A DNA stretch of 24,211 bases from Thermoplasmata archaeon (GTDB lineage: Archaea; Thermoplasmatota; Thermoplasmata; UBA10834): NCBI GenBank assembly GCA_050178275.1, contig JBFXGF010000001.1, forward strand, positions 1 to 24,211, written 5' to 3'. Numbering within the stretch: position 1 is the first letter of the stretch; each line of letters opens with the position of its first letter. The notes below the pieces were generated by a model. The model was not told where the DNA came from, ran no database searches, and saw only the letters and a list, made by a program, of their open reading frames with translations. This document shows, in pieces, positions 1 to 8,872 of this stretch. Made by a program: the position numbers and the translations under genes.

Positions 1-787
1 CACGGGGTTCATGAGGAAGGGCGAGACGGCGAACGTCGACAGGATGCTCTCGCGCCTCGGGGTCAACCACAGGGTCGTGGACGCCAGCGACGAGTACTTC
101 GACGCCCTCAAGGGCGTCACGGACCCGGAGACCAAGAGGAAGATCATCGGGACGAAGTTCATACGCGTGTTCGAGCGCGAGGCGAAGACGTTCGGCGCTG
201 AGTCCCTCGTCCAGGGCACGATAGCCCCGGACTGGATAGAGAGCGGGGGCGGACTCAGGGACACCATCAAGTCGCATCACAACGTGGGCGGCCTGCCGGC
301 GGACATGAACCTGAAGCTGGTCGAGCCCCTCAGGGACCTGTACAAGGACGAGGTGCGTAAGGTCGCGCGCGCGCTCAGGATAGAGGTCGCTGAGAGACAG
401 CCCTTCCCGGGGCCGGCGCTCGCGATAAGGGTCATGGGCGAGCCGACCAGGGAGTCCGTCGCCATCGTGCGCGAGGCGTGCGCCATCACCGAGGAGGAGA
501 TCGAGAGGGCCGCCGCGGAGGGCAAGATGAAGCTCCCGTGGCAGTACTTCGCCGTCCTGCTCCCCGTCAGGAGCGTGGGCGTCCAGGGGGACATAAGGGC
601 TTACGGGTTCACGATAGCGGTCAGGGCGGTCGACTCGGTCGACGCGATGTCAGCCGTGTACACGAAGATACCGCACGAGGTCCTCGAGAGGATATCTGCG
701 AGGATAACGAACACGATGAAGGAGAAGGTCAACAGGGTCGTGTACGACATCACGGACAAGCCCCCGGCGACGATCGAGTGGGAATGA
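1..787 (+). CDS. guaAB: GMP synthase subunit B (ATP pyrophosphatase subunit), 5'-truncated by the window edge
   Basis: The frame is open from base 2 (TGFMRKGE), so the gene starts upstream of the window. GMP synthase motifs: [71 protein letters not shown]. Confidence 0.96.
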   Translation, partial: TGFMRKGETANVDRMLSRLGVNHRVVDASDEYFDALKGVTDPETKRKIIGTKFIRVFEREAKTFGAESLVQGTIAPDWIESGGGLRDTIKSHHNVGGLPADMNLKLVEPLRDLYKDEVRKVARALRIEVAERQPFPGPALAIRVMGEPTRESVAIVREACAITEEEIERAAAEGKMKLPWQYFAVLLPVRSVGVQGDIRAYGFTIAVRAVDSVDAMSAVYTKIPHEVLERISARITNTMKEKVNRVVYDITDKPPATIEWE

Positions 788-915
788 CTGCCCCCTCCTT
801 ATATAGTGCCGCGCGGCCCCAGGGCGTGTCTGGCCTGCCCCCCAAAACCGTTCTCGCGACAGGGTTCCCAACACAATCAGCAGAGGCTAAATATTGACCC
901 GGTGTTCCCTGGAGC

Positions 916-1491
916 ATGCGCGTCTTGGTCATAGACAATGGCGGTCAATGGACTCATAGGGAGTGGAGGGTCCTGAGGGACCTAGGGGCGGAGTCGGAGA
1001 TAGTCCCCAACACCATGCCCGTCGCGGACATCAAGGCGGACGGGCTCGTCCTTTCGGGCGGTTCCCCCAGGGTCGGGCTGAACGCCGAGGCCATGGGCAG
1101 GTGCGGGGAGTACATAGACAAGGCCGGCGTGCCCATCATGGGTATATGCGCGGGGCACCAGTTCATGGCCACTCATCTGGGGGGCAAGGCTGGGCCGTCC
1201 AAGGTGCCTGAGTTCGGCAAGACCCTGGTCAACATAGACGATGAGGACGAACTGTTCAAAGGCCTCCCGCCCACGATCGTCGCCTGGGAATCGCACAATG
1301 ACGAGGTGACCGAGCTCCCGCCGGACTTCGTCTCACTAGCCCATTCGGACAACTGTCCGGTGCAGGCCATGAGGCACAAGACGAGGCCGTTGTTCGGGCT
1401 GCAGTTCCACCCGGAGGTGGAGCACACGGACAACGGCTACGAGATGTTCCAGGCTTTCATAGACGTGTGCCAGGCTCATAAGAAGGAATGA
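916..1491 (+). CDS. guaAA: GMP synthase subunit A (class I glutamine amidotransferase)
   Basis: IDNGGQWTHR, LSGGSP, catalytic triad GICAGHQ...QFHPEV. Adjacent to subunit B. TATA-like TAAATATT at 888-895. Confidence 0.95.
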   Translation: MRVLVIDNGGQWTHREWRVLRDLGAESEIVPNTMPVADIKADGLVLSGGSPRVGLNAEAMGRCGEYIDKAGVPIMGICAGHQFMATHLGGKAGPSKVPEFGKTLVNIDDEDELFKGLPPTIVAWESHNDEVTELPPDFVSLAHSDNCPVQAMRHKTRPLFGLQFHPEVEHTDNGYEMFQAFIDVCQAHKKE

Positions 1492-1494
1492 GCG

Positions 1495-1707
1495 ATGGAC
1501 CAGGAGACGGTGTCGATCGTCAAGGAGGCGGTCCGCACGAGGCTGCGGGACGAGACCGTCGAACGCGCCGTCGGCCGCACGGTCAGGAGGCGCGGCATGG
1601 ATTATTCGCGTTACATACAGGTGATGAGCGACCTCAGGGAACTCGCGAAGGAGCGTAAGGTCGCGATCGAAGAGGCCGCGGAAGGCCTAGAGTGCGAGAA
1701 AGGCTAG
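1495..1707 (+). CDS. Small hypothetical protein (70 aa, predicted helical)
   Basis: ATG 3 nt after the guaAA stop, host-like codon usage, charged amphipathic sequence. No family recognised. Confidence 0.7.
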   Translation: MDQETVSIVKEAVRTRLRDETVERAVGRTVRRRGMDYSRYIQVMSDLRELAKERKVAIEEAAEGLECEKG

Positions 1708-2103
1708 AAGGATCAGGGCGACGATCGCGAGCACTATCCCGAGCACGAGCATCGCGAGCGCGATGGGCTTGTCGGACCCAAAGGCTATGGGCACTGGCCC
1801 GAGGAGGACGACCCCGCCGTATCTCGGCTTGCTCACCCTGTCATCGGCCGTGGCCACCCCCTCCTTGCCGAGCGCGCCCGCGAGTTCCAGCTGCCCCATC
1901 ATGAGGAACATGAACCCTGTGATGAAGCTGAAGACGATGCACGCGACCCCCAGCAGGAACAGTCCGCTCGACCCGCTGAAGACGGGGAATATCAGGAACA
2001 GTGAGACGTCCGCCTCGCCCGAGAGCACCGACGCGGCGATGCACGCGACCCCCGCGACGAACAGCGCCACCGGGACGACCGCCCTGTACCTCACATCAAT
2101 CAC
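1687..2103 (-). CDS. TIGR00304/DUF131 family membrane protein
   Basis: Signature YGGVVLLGPVPIAFGSDK followed by a C-terminal TM helix; two N-terminal hydrophobic segments with PVF motif. GTG start. Confidence 0.85.
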   Translation of the reverse strand: MIDVRYRAVVPVALFVAGVACIAASVLSGEADVSLFLIFPVFSGSSGLFLLGVACIVFSFITGFMFLMMGQLELAGALGKEGVATADDRVSKPRYGGVVLLGPVPIAFGSDKPIALAMLVLGIVLAIVALILLAFLAL

Positions 2104-2230
2104 CGCCAGACAGCCGCGTATCGACTGCCCCGGACGGATAACGGCGCCGGGAGCGTAATTAACTTTGCAGGGGCCAGCTCCTTGAGAAGCCTTTTATCGG
2201 GACTCCGCATTACACGGTCCAGGGGAGAGA

Positions 2231-3178
2231 TTGAACACCCTCAAGGACCACCTCGCGGAGATACTTCGTTCACGGGACTTCGAGGTCGCCGACAAGAACG
2301 GCTACCTGTATGGTTCCAGGGAGGACGTCTCCGTCGTCGTACTCGTCGCCAGTGACATGCTCACGGATGACGTGCAGGACTTCATCAGGAACGTCTCCGA
2401 CTTCCAGGGCCGCAAGATAGTCGCGTCCATCGGCAAGCTGGACGAGGGCGTGCAATCGATCCTGCAGAAACAAGGGATATACTACTGGGACAGGGAGGAC
2501 GTCGAGCACGAGATCGGCAGCCTGCAGCTACGCGCGCTCGGGAGCGAGGCCGTGAAGAGCCTGCTCGACGAGGTCATCTCGGACGAGATGCCCCAGAGGC
2601 CGGCAGAGCCTCCGGAGCAGTCGATACCGGTCATCGTCGAGAGCACGGTGGAGAGGTCAGAGAGGATAGTCAAGCCTAACTTCTCCCTTGAGGACGTGAA
2701 GTCCCTGGCCAGGCACGACATCCAGGGCTACAGGTACGCCCTGGAGCTAGTCCCCCACTACCTGTTCCACTATGTGCTCAACCTCGAGGACGGCAAGCAG
2801 AGGGCCGGGATCGTCGCCGTGAACGCGCTCACGGAACATATAGAGACCTGGCGCTGGGGGTTCGAGCTCGTGGACACGATCGACATTGAGCACACCCGCC
2901 GGGAACCGAAGATCGACCAGGAGAAGGCCAGTGAGCTCGCCCGAGAGGAGATCACGAAGGAGTACCGGTCGTTCACGGAGCAGGTCAAGGACTTCGGCCA
3001 CTCGGAGATAATCGAGCGGAAGAAGCCCCGCAAGGACCCCATGGTCGTCGAGCCCAAGGGCCTGGTCTATCTGCCAGTCTGGTCGGTCGAGGGCAAGGGT
3101 GGCGCGATGATCGTGAACTCATCCAGCGGCAAGATCATCAGCGAACACCTGCACGGGCTCGAGGCTAGGCGAGGTTGA
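2231..3178 (+). CDS. Hypothetical protein: N-terminal restriction-endonuclease-like (Mrr-like) domain, apparently lacking catalytic residues, plus a C-terminal domain of unknown function
   Basis: 315-aa ORF, TTG start after GGGGAGA, host-like codon usage. The N-terminal ~110 aa pattern (LRSRDFEV...VVVLV...DVQDF...KIVAS...GIYYWDREDV) resembles the Mrr_cat alpha/beta pattern. The CDS is secure; the fold call is tentative. Confidence 0.6.
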   Translation: MNTLKDHLAEILRSRDFEVADKNGYLYGSREDVSVVVLVASDMLTDDVQDFIRNVSDFQGRKIVASIGKLDEGVQSILQKQGIYYWDREDVEHEIGSLQLRALGSEAVKSLLDEVISDEMPQRPAEPPEQSIPVIVESTVERSERIVKPNFSLEDVKSLARHDIQGYRYALELVPHYLFHYVLNLEDGKQRAGIVAVNALTEHIETWRWGFELVDTIDIEHTRREPKIDQEKASELAREEITKEYRSFTEQVKDFGHSEIIERKKPRKDPMVVEPKGLVYLPVWSVEGKGGAMIVNSSSGKIISEHLHGLEARRG

Positions 3179-3629
3179 GCTTCTTCAGGCGCTCCATTAT
3201 GCCGAGCCAGTGCGAGCCGCGCCAGTAGACCTTCCCACAGCCGGCGCACTTCCAGAACTTCTCGTTCGCCACGAACGCGCCCTCGGGGACAGACTCCTTG
3301 GCCTGCTCCTTGGGCAGCTCGAGCAGCTCGCCGTTGCATGCGGTGCACCTTATCGCCGACTCGTCGAACATCAGGCCGAACTTCGCCTTCACCGAGGCGA
3401 GCTGCTTGTCCAGGTCGTCGTCCTCGACGAAAAGGGATCCAGGCTCCTTCGCCAGCTCCTTGTCCCTCGTCAGGACGAACCTGCTCTCCGCCCTGGCCGA
3501 GGCTGCGATGGCCTTGTCGTCCAGGTTCTTGTCGTAGATGGTGTCATAGCCGATCATCCTCAGCCACTTGGCTAGCGAGCCCAGCATGTGGTCGGCCACG
3601 AACCTCGGCTTTGTCTGCGCATCGGTCAC
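3165..3629 (-). CDS. Mut7-C RNase domain protein (PIN fold plus Zn ribbon, DUF82)
   Basis: RFVADHMLGSLAKWLRMIGYDT, LTRD, RCTACNG and CAGCGKVYWRGSHW. The GTG start overlaps the upstream TGA (GTGA). Confidence 0.93.
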   Translation of the reverse strand: MTDAQTKPRFVADHMLGSLAKWLRMIGYDTIYDKNLDDKAIAASARAESRFVLTRDKELAKEPGSLFVEDDDLDKQLASVKAKFGLMFDESAIRCTACNGELLELPKEQAKESVPEGAFVANEKFWKCAGCGKVYWRGSHWLGIMERLKKLNLA

Positions 3630-4258
3630 TTATCCACCTCATATCTTACGAGGACGCCGCTGCCAAGGACCTCGGCGTCCCTGAGCCTCAAGTGGACGAT
3701 GCCGTCCTCGTCCTCGGCGCCCGGACCTCCAGCTGGCGTGGGCGCGCTCTCGCCCCCTATCACCATGCTGCCTATGAATATGTAGACCTCGTCCGCGATA
3801 CGGGTCTTCAGGAACGACCATATCACTCTCGAGCCCCCCTCCACCAGCATCTTCCGGACGCCCCTCCTCTCGAGTTCAGGGACCAGCCTCTCGATGTCGA
3901 CATCATCCTTGCCGCACCTGATGACCTCGGCGTTCGGGAAAGTCTTGTCACAACGCTCGTTCGTCACGATGATGGTCCTGGCGAACCCGTTGAGCACGAG
4001 TGCGTCCGCGGGTGTCCGTCCGTCGGAGTCGAGCACGACCCTTGTCGGGTGTTTGGCGTTTTTGACGTACTTGACGTTCACGGTGAGCTTGGGGTTGTCC
4101 GATATGACGGTGTCTACCCCGACCAAGATGGCGTCCACCGAGTTCCTCAGTTCGTGGACGCGCCTCTTGTCCTCCTCGTCGGATATTCTCGTCTGTCTCC
4201 TCGACTTGAGGGCGATCTTCCCGTCTGCGGACATCGCGCAGTTGACTATCGTCTTCAA
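3626..4258 (-). CDS. arfC: 2,5-diamino-6-(ribosylamino)-4(3H)-pyrimidinone 5'-phosphate reductase (archaeal Rib7/ArfC, RibD C-terminal family)
   Basis: NCAMSADGKIA, HELRNSVDAILVGVDTVISDNPKL, RVVLDSDGRTP, LVEGGSRVIWSF. The TTG start position is uncertain. Confidence 0.9.
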   Translation of the reverse strand: MKTIVNCAMSADGKIALKSRRQTRISDEEDKRRVHELRNSVDAILVGVDTVISDNPKLTVNVKYVKNAKHPTRVVLDSDGRTPADALVLNGFARTIIVTNERCDKTFPNAEVIRCGKDDVDIERLVPELERRGVRKMLVEGGSRVIWSFLKTRIADEVYIFIGSMVIGGESAPTPAGGPGAEDEDGIVHLRLRDAEVLGSGVLVRYEVDK

Positions 4259-4457
4259 GTGCTTCCCACTGAACGAATGGTCGACCGAGTAATAACCCTT
4301 CGCACTTCGTTGCCGAAATGAGGAAGAAAAGCAGAGGCGAGGACGACCGGCCCGTGTCAGTGGCCTCCATGCGCGCCTGGCACCCGTCGGGCGGCACCAT
4401 CGCCGCGTCGGAATTCATTCCCAAGGTTTATGAGCGCTCGGCCTTATTCCCAGGCCA

Positions 4458-5228
4458 ATGGACGGCAACGACATCCGGATCTTCGAGCTGAAGAAGAAGG
4501 ACCTCCGAGGGGCGACCATCATCGACGGGTTCCCGAGCGTAGGTCTTGTCAGCTCCATATCGGCCAACTATCTCATCAAGGTCCTGAAGATGGAGCACAT
4601 AGGCATCATGGACTCCTCACAGTTCCCGACGGTCTCACTGATCAGGGATTCCACTCCCCTGAGCCCGGTCAGGATATACGCGAGTGACAAGGGCCAGCGC
4701 GGGGACCAGCTCGTCGCGTTCATCTCGGAGTTCCAGGCGCCAGCCAACCTGATCCGCCCCATATCGCGCGTTCTCGTCGACTGGGCGGTCGAGCAGAGGT
4801 GCAGGATGATAGTGTCGCCCGAGGGACTCGTCCTCGACCCTGAGATCAGGGACAGCGCGGACATATCCGATGTCGTCTTCGGAATAGCGAGCACCCCGAG
4901 GGCCAGGGAGCTGCTGAAGGAGCACGGCATACGTCAGTTCGAGGAAGGCGTGATATCCGGGATCGCAGGAGTCCTTCTGAACGAGGGCAGGAAACGGGAT
5001 TTCGATGTCGTCACACTCCTTGCCGAGGCGCACCCGGACTTCCCGGACGCCAACGCGGCGGCGCTCGTCCTCGAGGCGATAGACGACATCCTCTTGGGGA
5101 TAGAGTTCGACGCGAAACCGCTCTTCGAGGAGGCGAAACGCATCGAGGAGCACATAAGGGAGATTCAGAAGCAGGCGGTCGTGAAGAAGCCGGACAAACC
5201 ACCGGCAAGGCCTGAGATGTACGGCTAG
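4458..5228 (+). CDS. PAC2 family proteasome assembly chaperone
   Basis: IIDGFPSVGLVSSISANYL, PVRIY, EGVISGIAGVLL, LLAEAHPDFPDANAAA. TATA-like GTTTATGA about 25 nt upstream. Confidence 0.92.
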   Translation: MDGNDIRIFELKKKDLRGATIIDGFPSVGLVSSISANYLIKVLKMEHIGIMDSSQFPTVSLIRDSTPLSPVRIYASDKGQRGDQLVAFISEFQAPANLIRPISRVLVDWAVEQRCRMIVSPEGLVLDPEIRDSADISDVVFGIASTPRARELLKEHGIRQFEEGVISGIAGVLLNEGRKRDFDVVTLLAEAHPDFPDANAAALVLEAIDDILLGIEFDAKPLFEEAKRIEEHIREIQKQAVVKKPDKPPARPEMYG

Positions 5229-6241
5229 GCCGCGCGCAACTCTGTCAGGTGGTCTTTCTTCTCAGTTGCGAACCTTTGGCCGAGGAACCTATCGACGACC
5301 CATATGTTCGTCTCCGCGTGGCCCGTCAATTCCTCCGCGAGGACCGTGGACTCGCCCTCGGCGAGCGCCATGTACGGTACGATCTGGTCGAGCATGTGCT
5401 CGTCGACCGTGGCCCCTGAGCGCATCGTCTCCGCGAGGTCGGCCGCGCAGTTCTCCCCGAGAGTCTCCGCCCTGACGCCTCTCTGACCCAAAGCCGAGGC
5501 CCCGAGGATAGCCCCCTCGTACTCGGCCGCCAGCACGATCCCGGCTCCGGTGCTCGAGCCGGAGCGCAGGTCGGAGTCTACCTTGACGCGTCCGTGGTCC
5601 ACCAGGGTTTTCAGCGCCGCGTGTTTCATCCTCGAAACCACGTGCTCGGGCAGGTTCTGCGCGTAAGTCACTCCTGATATCCTCACGAGCTCCCCTCGCT
5701 GCGCGAGGTCGACCCCTCTGACTACGGGGCACGGGTCTACGCGCGCCACGACCTCCCCGCCGCCTTCGGGGTAGAAGCCACGGCGGACGACATCGATGTC
5801 GCAGGAAGCCCCTATCCGCCTGATGATGGGGATGTGGACAAGCCTCATGAAGTCGATCGGAGGAGACCACTTGGTGTCCGTCCCTCCCCTGAGCGCCAGT
5901 GTGACCGGGGCCTTAGAGAAGGTCGCTGGCAACAGGCAGGCCTGCAGGACCAGGGAAGTGCTGCCCGCGGTCCCGATATCCAGCTCGAAATCACCCCCGG
6001 CGAGGGTCCCGGGGAGGAACGTCATTTCCCTCGATCCAACATGCACCCCCTCGACCTCGGCGTCGCAGAGTTCCGCGACGGCTCCTATGGCCGCGACGTG
6101 CTGCGCGGCCAGGCCAGGGTTCGGTCTCTTGGCCCTTATGTCCGTCACGCGCACTGGTTCCTGGAGCACGGCCGAGAGTGAGACCGCGGTCCTGAGGACC
6201 TGTCCGCCGCCTTCTCCGTGAGCCCCGTCTATCTCGATCAT
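5225..6241 (-). CDS. rtcA: RNA 3'-terminal phosphate cyclase
   Basis: Start trimmed to MIEIDGAHGEGGGQVLRTAVSLS; the ATG at 6241 overlaps the upstream TGA as ATGA. Motifs RAKRPNPGLAAQH, GTAGS, GGTD, RRGFYPEGGG, DEHMLDQ. Confidence 0.96.
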   Translation of the reverse strand: MIEIDGAHGEGGGQVLRTAVSLSAVLQEPVRVTDIRAKRPNPGLAAQHVAAIGAVAELCDAEVEGVHVGSREMTFLPGTLAGGDFELDIGTAGSTSLVLQACLLPATFSKAPVTLALRGGTDTKWSPPIDFMRLVHIPIIRRIGASCDIDVVRRGFYPEGGGEVVARVDPCPVVRGVDLAQRGELVRISGVTYAQNLPEHVVSRMKHAALKTLVDHGRVKVDSDLRSGSSTGAGIVLAAEYEGAILGASALGQRGVRAETLGENCAADLAETMRSGATVDEHMLDQIVPYMALAEGESTVLAEELTGHAETNIWVVDRFLGQRFATEKKDHLTELRAA

Positions 6242-7548
6242 CTCTGCACGTTCCGTCTCGCGGCGAGCTTCTTGGCAATCACGTTCGCGAGGAAGAACCA
6301 GATCATCATGATGACCGCTAGGATTATCAGGGCGGCGGCGAGGTATAGCAACCACATGGGCGCCATCTCATCCTCGCTCGTGGCGCCACTGAGCAGTATG
6401 ATGCCGAGCCCTAGCCCCTCCGCGATGAACGCGCCGAACCCGAGCGCGAACGAGTACAGCCCCATGGTGGAGCCGTAGCAATCCTCGTCGGACGAGTCGG
6501 CCATCATCGCGAGCGCCGCGGGCACGAAAGCCCCCGCGCCCAGGCCGAGGACGCCCAGGGGTATCATGCCAAGGAGTTTGAACTCGATACCCTCGTCCGT
6601 AATCTCGAACGCGTACTCCGAGAAGAACAGCACCATCAGCACTATCCCGAATATGCTGAACACGCCGTACGCCATCACAGGCACCCTGCCGACGATGTCA
6701 GAGACCTTCCCCCAGAATGGCTGGAGGAGCCCGAGCGCGACCCCGGCCGCAGCGAACATGATGCCTATTGTGGATCCCGATATGTCCTCGCTCAGCATGA
6801 TTCTGGGGAGGTAGGTGATCGCGAGTCCCAGGATTGTCGCTATGATCAGCCAGATGGGGAACATCAGCCTGATCTCCTTGACCTTGAACACCTTCTTCAG
6901 TGCCTGGAAACCCTCTAAGGACGAGGCTTTCACGACAGGTTTCTCCTTCTTCACCATGAGCTGTAACATCATGGCGGAGGCCCCTAGGAGCACGGCGACG
7001 ATGACGAACCCGGCCGTCGCGCCTGTGTAGTCTATCATGAACCCGCCGACCACCGCGCCCAGGATATACCCCAGGAAAGTCGAGTAGTCGAACCATCCCA
7101 TCTGCCTGCCCCGGTCGTGCTTCTCCGCGTGGTCCGCGATCATCGCGATGGCAGGCGCCACCGTGGCGGCCGCGCCGATGCCGTGAATCCCGTGCATGGT
7201 CGCGAGGTACCAGACATTGTTCGAGAGGGTGTAGAGCGCGACCACGACCGCCGCCAGTGTCGTCCCCGCGACTATGATGACCTTCCTCCCGGTCCTGTCG
7301 CTCAGGAGACCGAAGTAGTTGGCCGTGACCATCTCCGCCAGCGGGTAGGGGACAGCGATGATCGCCACGTTCAACAGCGCCTCGTAGTTCGTATCATATG
7401 GCACATAGCTGGCTATGAGCAGGAGCAGCGCCCCGAAGGCGGTTCTGAGAAGGAACGTGGAGAGGTACAGGACTCTCAAGTGCCAGGGGGTCTTGGCGCG
7501 CCTGGCCTTCAGGGAACTGAACATCAGCTTGCTGTCAACTCGTGTCAT
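6238..7548 (-). CDS. MFS transporter (about 12 TM)
   Basis: MFS motif A GLLSDRTGRK and its repeat GKVSDIVGRV, DRGRQMGWF, many hydrophobic segments. An alternative leaderless start at ATG 7524 fits the minus-strand TATA-like GTTAAGTA at 7556-7549. Confidence 0.93.
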   Translation of the reverse strand: MTRVDSKLMFSSLKARRAKTPWHLRVLYLSTFLLRTAFGALLLLIASYVPYDTNYEALLNVAIIAVPYPLAEMVTANYFGLLSDRTGRKVIIVAGTTLAAVVVALYTLSNNVWYLATMHGIHGIGAAATVAPAIAMIADHAEKHDRGRQMGWFDYSTFLGYILGAVVGGFMIDYTGATAGFVIVAVLLGASAMMLQLMVKKEKPVVKASSLEGFQALKKVFKVKEIRLMFPIWLIIATILGLAITYLPRIMLSEDISGSTIGIMFAAAGVALGLLQPFWGKVSDIVGRVPVMAYGVFSIFGIVLMVLFFSEYAFEITDEGIEFKLLGMIPLGVLGLGAGAFVPAALAMMADSSDEDCYGSTMGLYSFALGFGAFIAEGLGLGIILLSGATSEDEMAPMWLLYLAAALIILAVIMMIWFFLANVIAKKLAARRNVQR

Positions 7549-7579
7549 TACTTAACACTTATGGGTTCCCGTCCGGCGG

Positions 7580-7595
7580 AGGGGAATCATCCCCT
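7580..7595. repeat. Palindrome AGGGGA-ATCA-TCCCCT between divergent MFS and CaCA promoters
   Basis: Perfect 6-bp inverted repeat with 4-nt spacer, read directly. Function unknown. Confidence 0.4.
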
Positions 7596-7655
7596 GAGGA
7601 TGTCCATCAGAATGGTTTAAGTATCCTGTGGTTATAGTCCGGGCCAGGTGCCCCA

Positions 7656-8711
7656 TTGGCAGTCGACATATTAGGTGTCGGGATCCTCATCGCAGCCCTG
7701 TTAGTCATCCTTGTGAGCTGCGAGGTTTTCGTCAATGGAATCGAATTGCTGGGCTGCAGGCTGGGCCTCGCCGAGACCGCCACGGGTAGCATCCTCGCCG
7801 CTGTCGGGACGGCAATGCCCGAGACTATCATCCCGCTCATCGCGATATTCCTCGGCAGCGCCGAGGAGGGTGAGGAGATCGGAGAGGGCGCGATACTCGG
7901 AGCCCCCTTCATGCTGGGCACCCTTGCCATGTTCGTCGGAGGCGTCTCGATATGGTACGCCTGCCGAAAGGGCAAGCGGAAGAGCTGCCTTATCCTCAAG
8001 GCCGGGCACGCTGAGCGCGACCTGAAGTTCTTCATGGGCATGTACTTGATCGCGCTTGTCTGCGGGCTCATGGGCATGCAGGAGTCATTCGACACATCGT
8101 ACGTCAACTATGGCGCGGCGGTCTTCTTGGTGACCATGTACGTGCTATACATACGTCAGCTCCTGAAGGAGGAGTCTGACATGAGTGAGGGGGCGTGCCC
8201 CGCGCTGTACCTTGGCAGGCTCCTAAGGTTCTCGCCCGGAAAGAACGCCCTCGGAATGGGAGTGATACTCCTCCAGGTGGCGGCAGCGCTCATCGGCATC
8301 ATAATCGGCGCGAAGTTCTTCGTCGAAGAGGTGGAGATGGTCGCCGCCGCCGTCGGCATCGCGCCGATGATACTCGCGTTCCTAATCGCGCCTATCGCGA
8401 CCGAGCTCCCGGAGAAGTTCAACAGCGTCATCTGGTACATGAGGGGCAAGGACACCCTCGCCCTGGGGAACATAACCGGTGCCATGGTGTTCCAGAGCAG
8501 CTTCCCCGTGAGCATCGGCCTCGTCCTGACGAGCTGGACATTGGCCCCGATAAACATCGCGAGCATGGTCATAGCCCTCGTCGCGGCTTTCTGGATCTAC
8601 TACTCGGTGAAGGTGAAGAAGCGCGTGGAGTACAAGACGCTCTTGGCCTCGGGCTCCCTTTACATCCTCTACATCGTACTGCTGATCGTCATGCCCGGAG
8701 CGACCACCTAG
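7656..8711 (+). CDS. Sodium:calcium antiporter family (CaCA, COG0530) protein
   Basis: Alpha-repeats GTAMPET and ATELPEK, LGAPFML and LGNITGAMVFQS, about 10 TM. TTG start; TATA-like TTTAAGTA at 7616-7623. Confidence 0.9.
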   Translation: MAVDILGVGILIAALLVILVSCEVFVNGIELLGCRLGLAETATGSILAAVGTAMPETIIPLIAIFLGSAEEGEEIGEGAILGAPFMLGTLAMFVGGVSIWYACRKGKRKSCLILKAGHAERDLKFFMGMYLIALVCGLMGMQESFDTSYVNYGAAVFLVTMYVLYIRQLLKEESDMSEGACPALYLGRLLRFSPGKNALGMGVILLQVAAALIGIIIGAKFFVEEVEMVAAAVGIAPMILAFLIAPIATELPEKFNSVIWYMRGKDTLALGNITGAMVFQSSFPVSIGLVLTSWTLAPINIASMVIALVAAFWIYYSVKVKKRVEYKTLLASGSLYILYIVLLIVMPGATT

Positions 8712-8726
8712 TAGCGGAGCTACTAG
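8708..8726 (+). terminator. 8-bp perfect hairpin CTAGTAGC-GGA-GCTACTAG over the CaCA stop codon (possible terminator or processing stem)
   Basis: Inverted repeat read directly. No U-tract follows, so the terminator function is uncertain. Confidence 0.35.
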
Positions 8727-8872
8727 ATGTTCGTATGACTGGCTCGCGCGCGCTCCGGACAAATTATAAGTACGCGCCAGCGCAATGTCCGCCCGGATGG
8801 GATGCAGGCCGATTCTTCGTGAATTAGGTCACATCCTCTTAGCGTGAGCTGCGAGAAGGACGTGCAACCCCG

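Noticed and set aside
3338-4321. 327-aa plus-strand ORF and the many other 60-290 aa overlapping ORFs in the track
   Set aside because: Shadow ORFs of well-supported genes on the other strand or frame, with Arg/Pro/Gly-rich low-information translations typical of high-GC DNA.
4330-4425. Minus-strand GGGAATGAATTCCGACGCGGCGAT upstream of the riboflavin reductase, faintly like the start of an FMN riboswitch
   Set aside because: The remaining RFN elements (second GAxAxUCC arm, CCGACAGU, GGAUGGGAG) are absent, and it lies upstream of the likely TATA near 4290.
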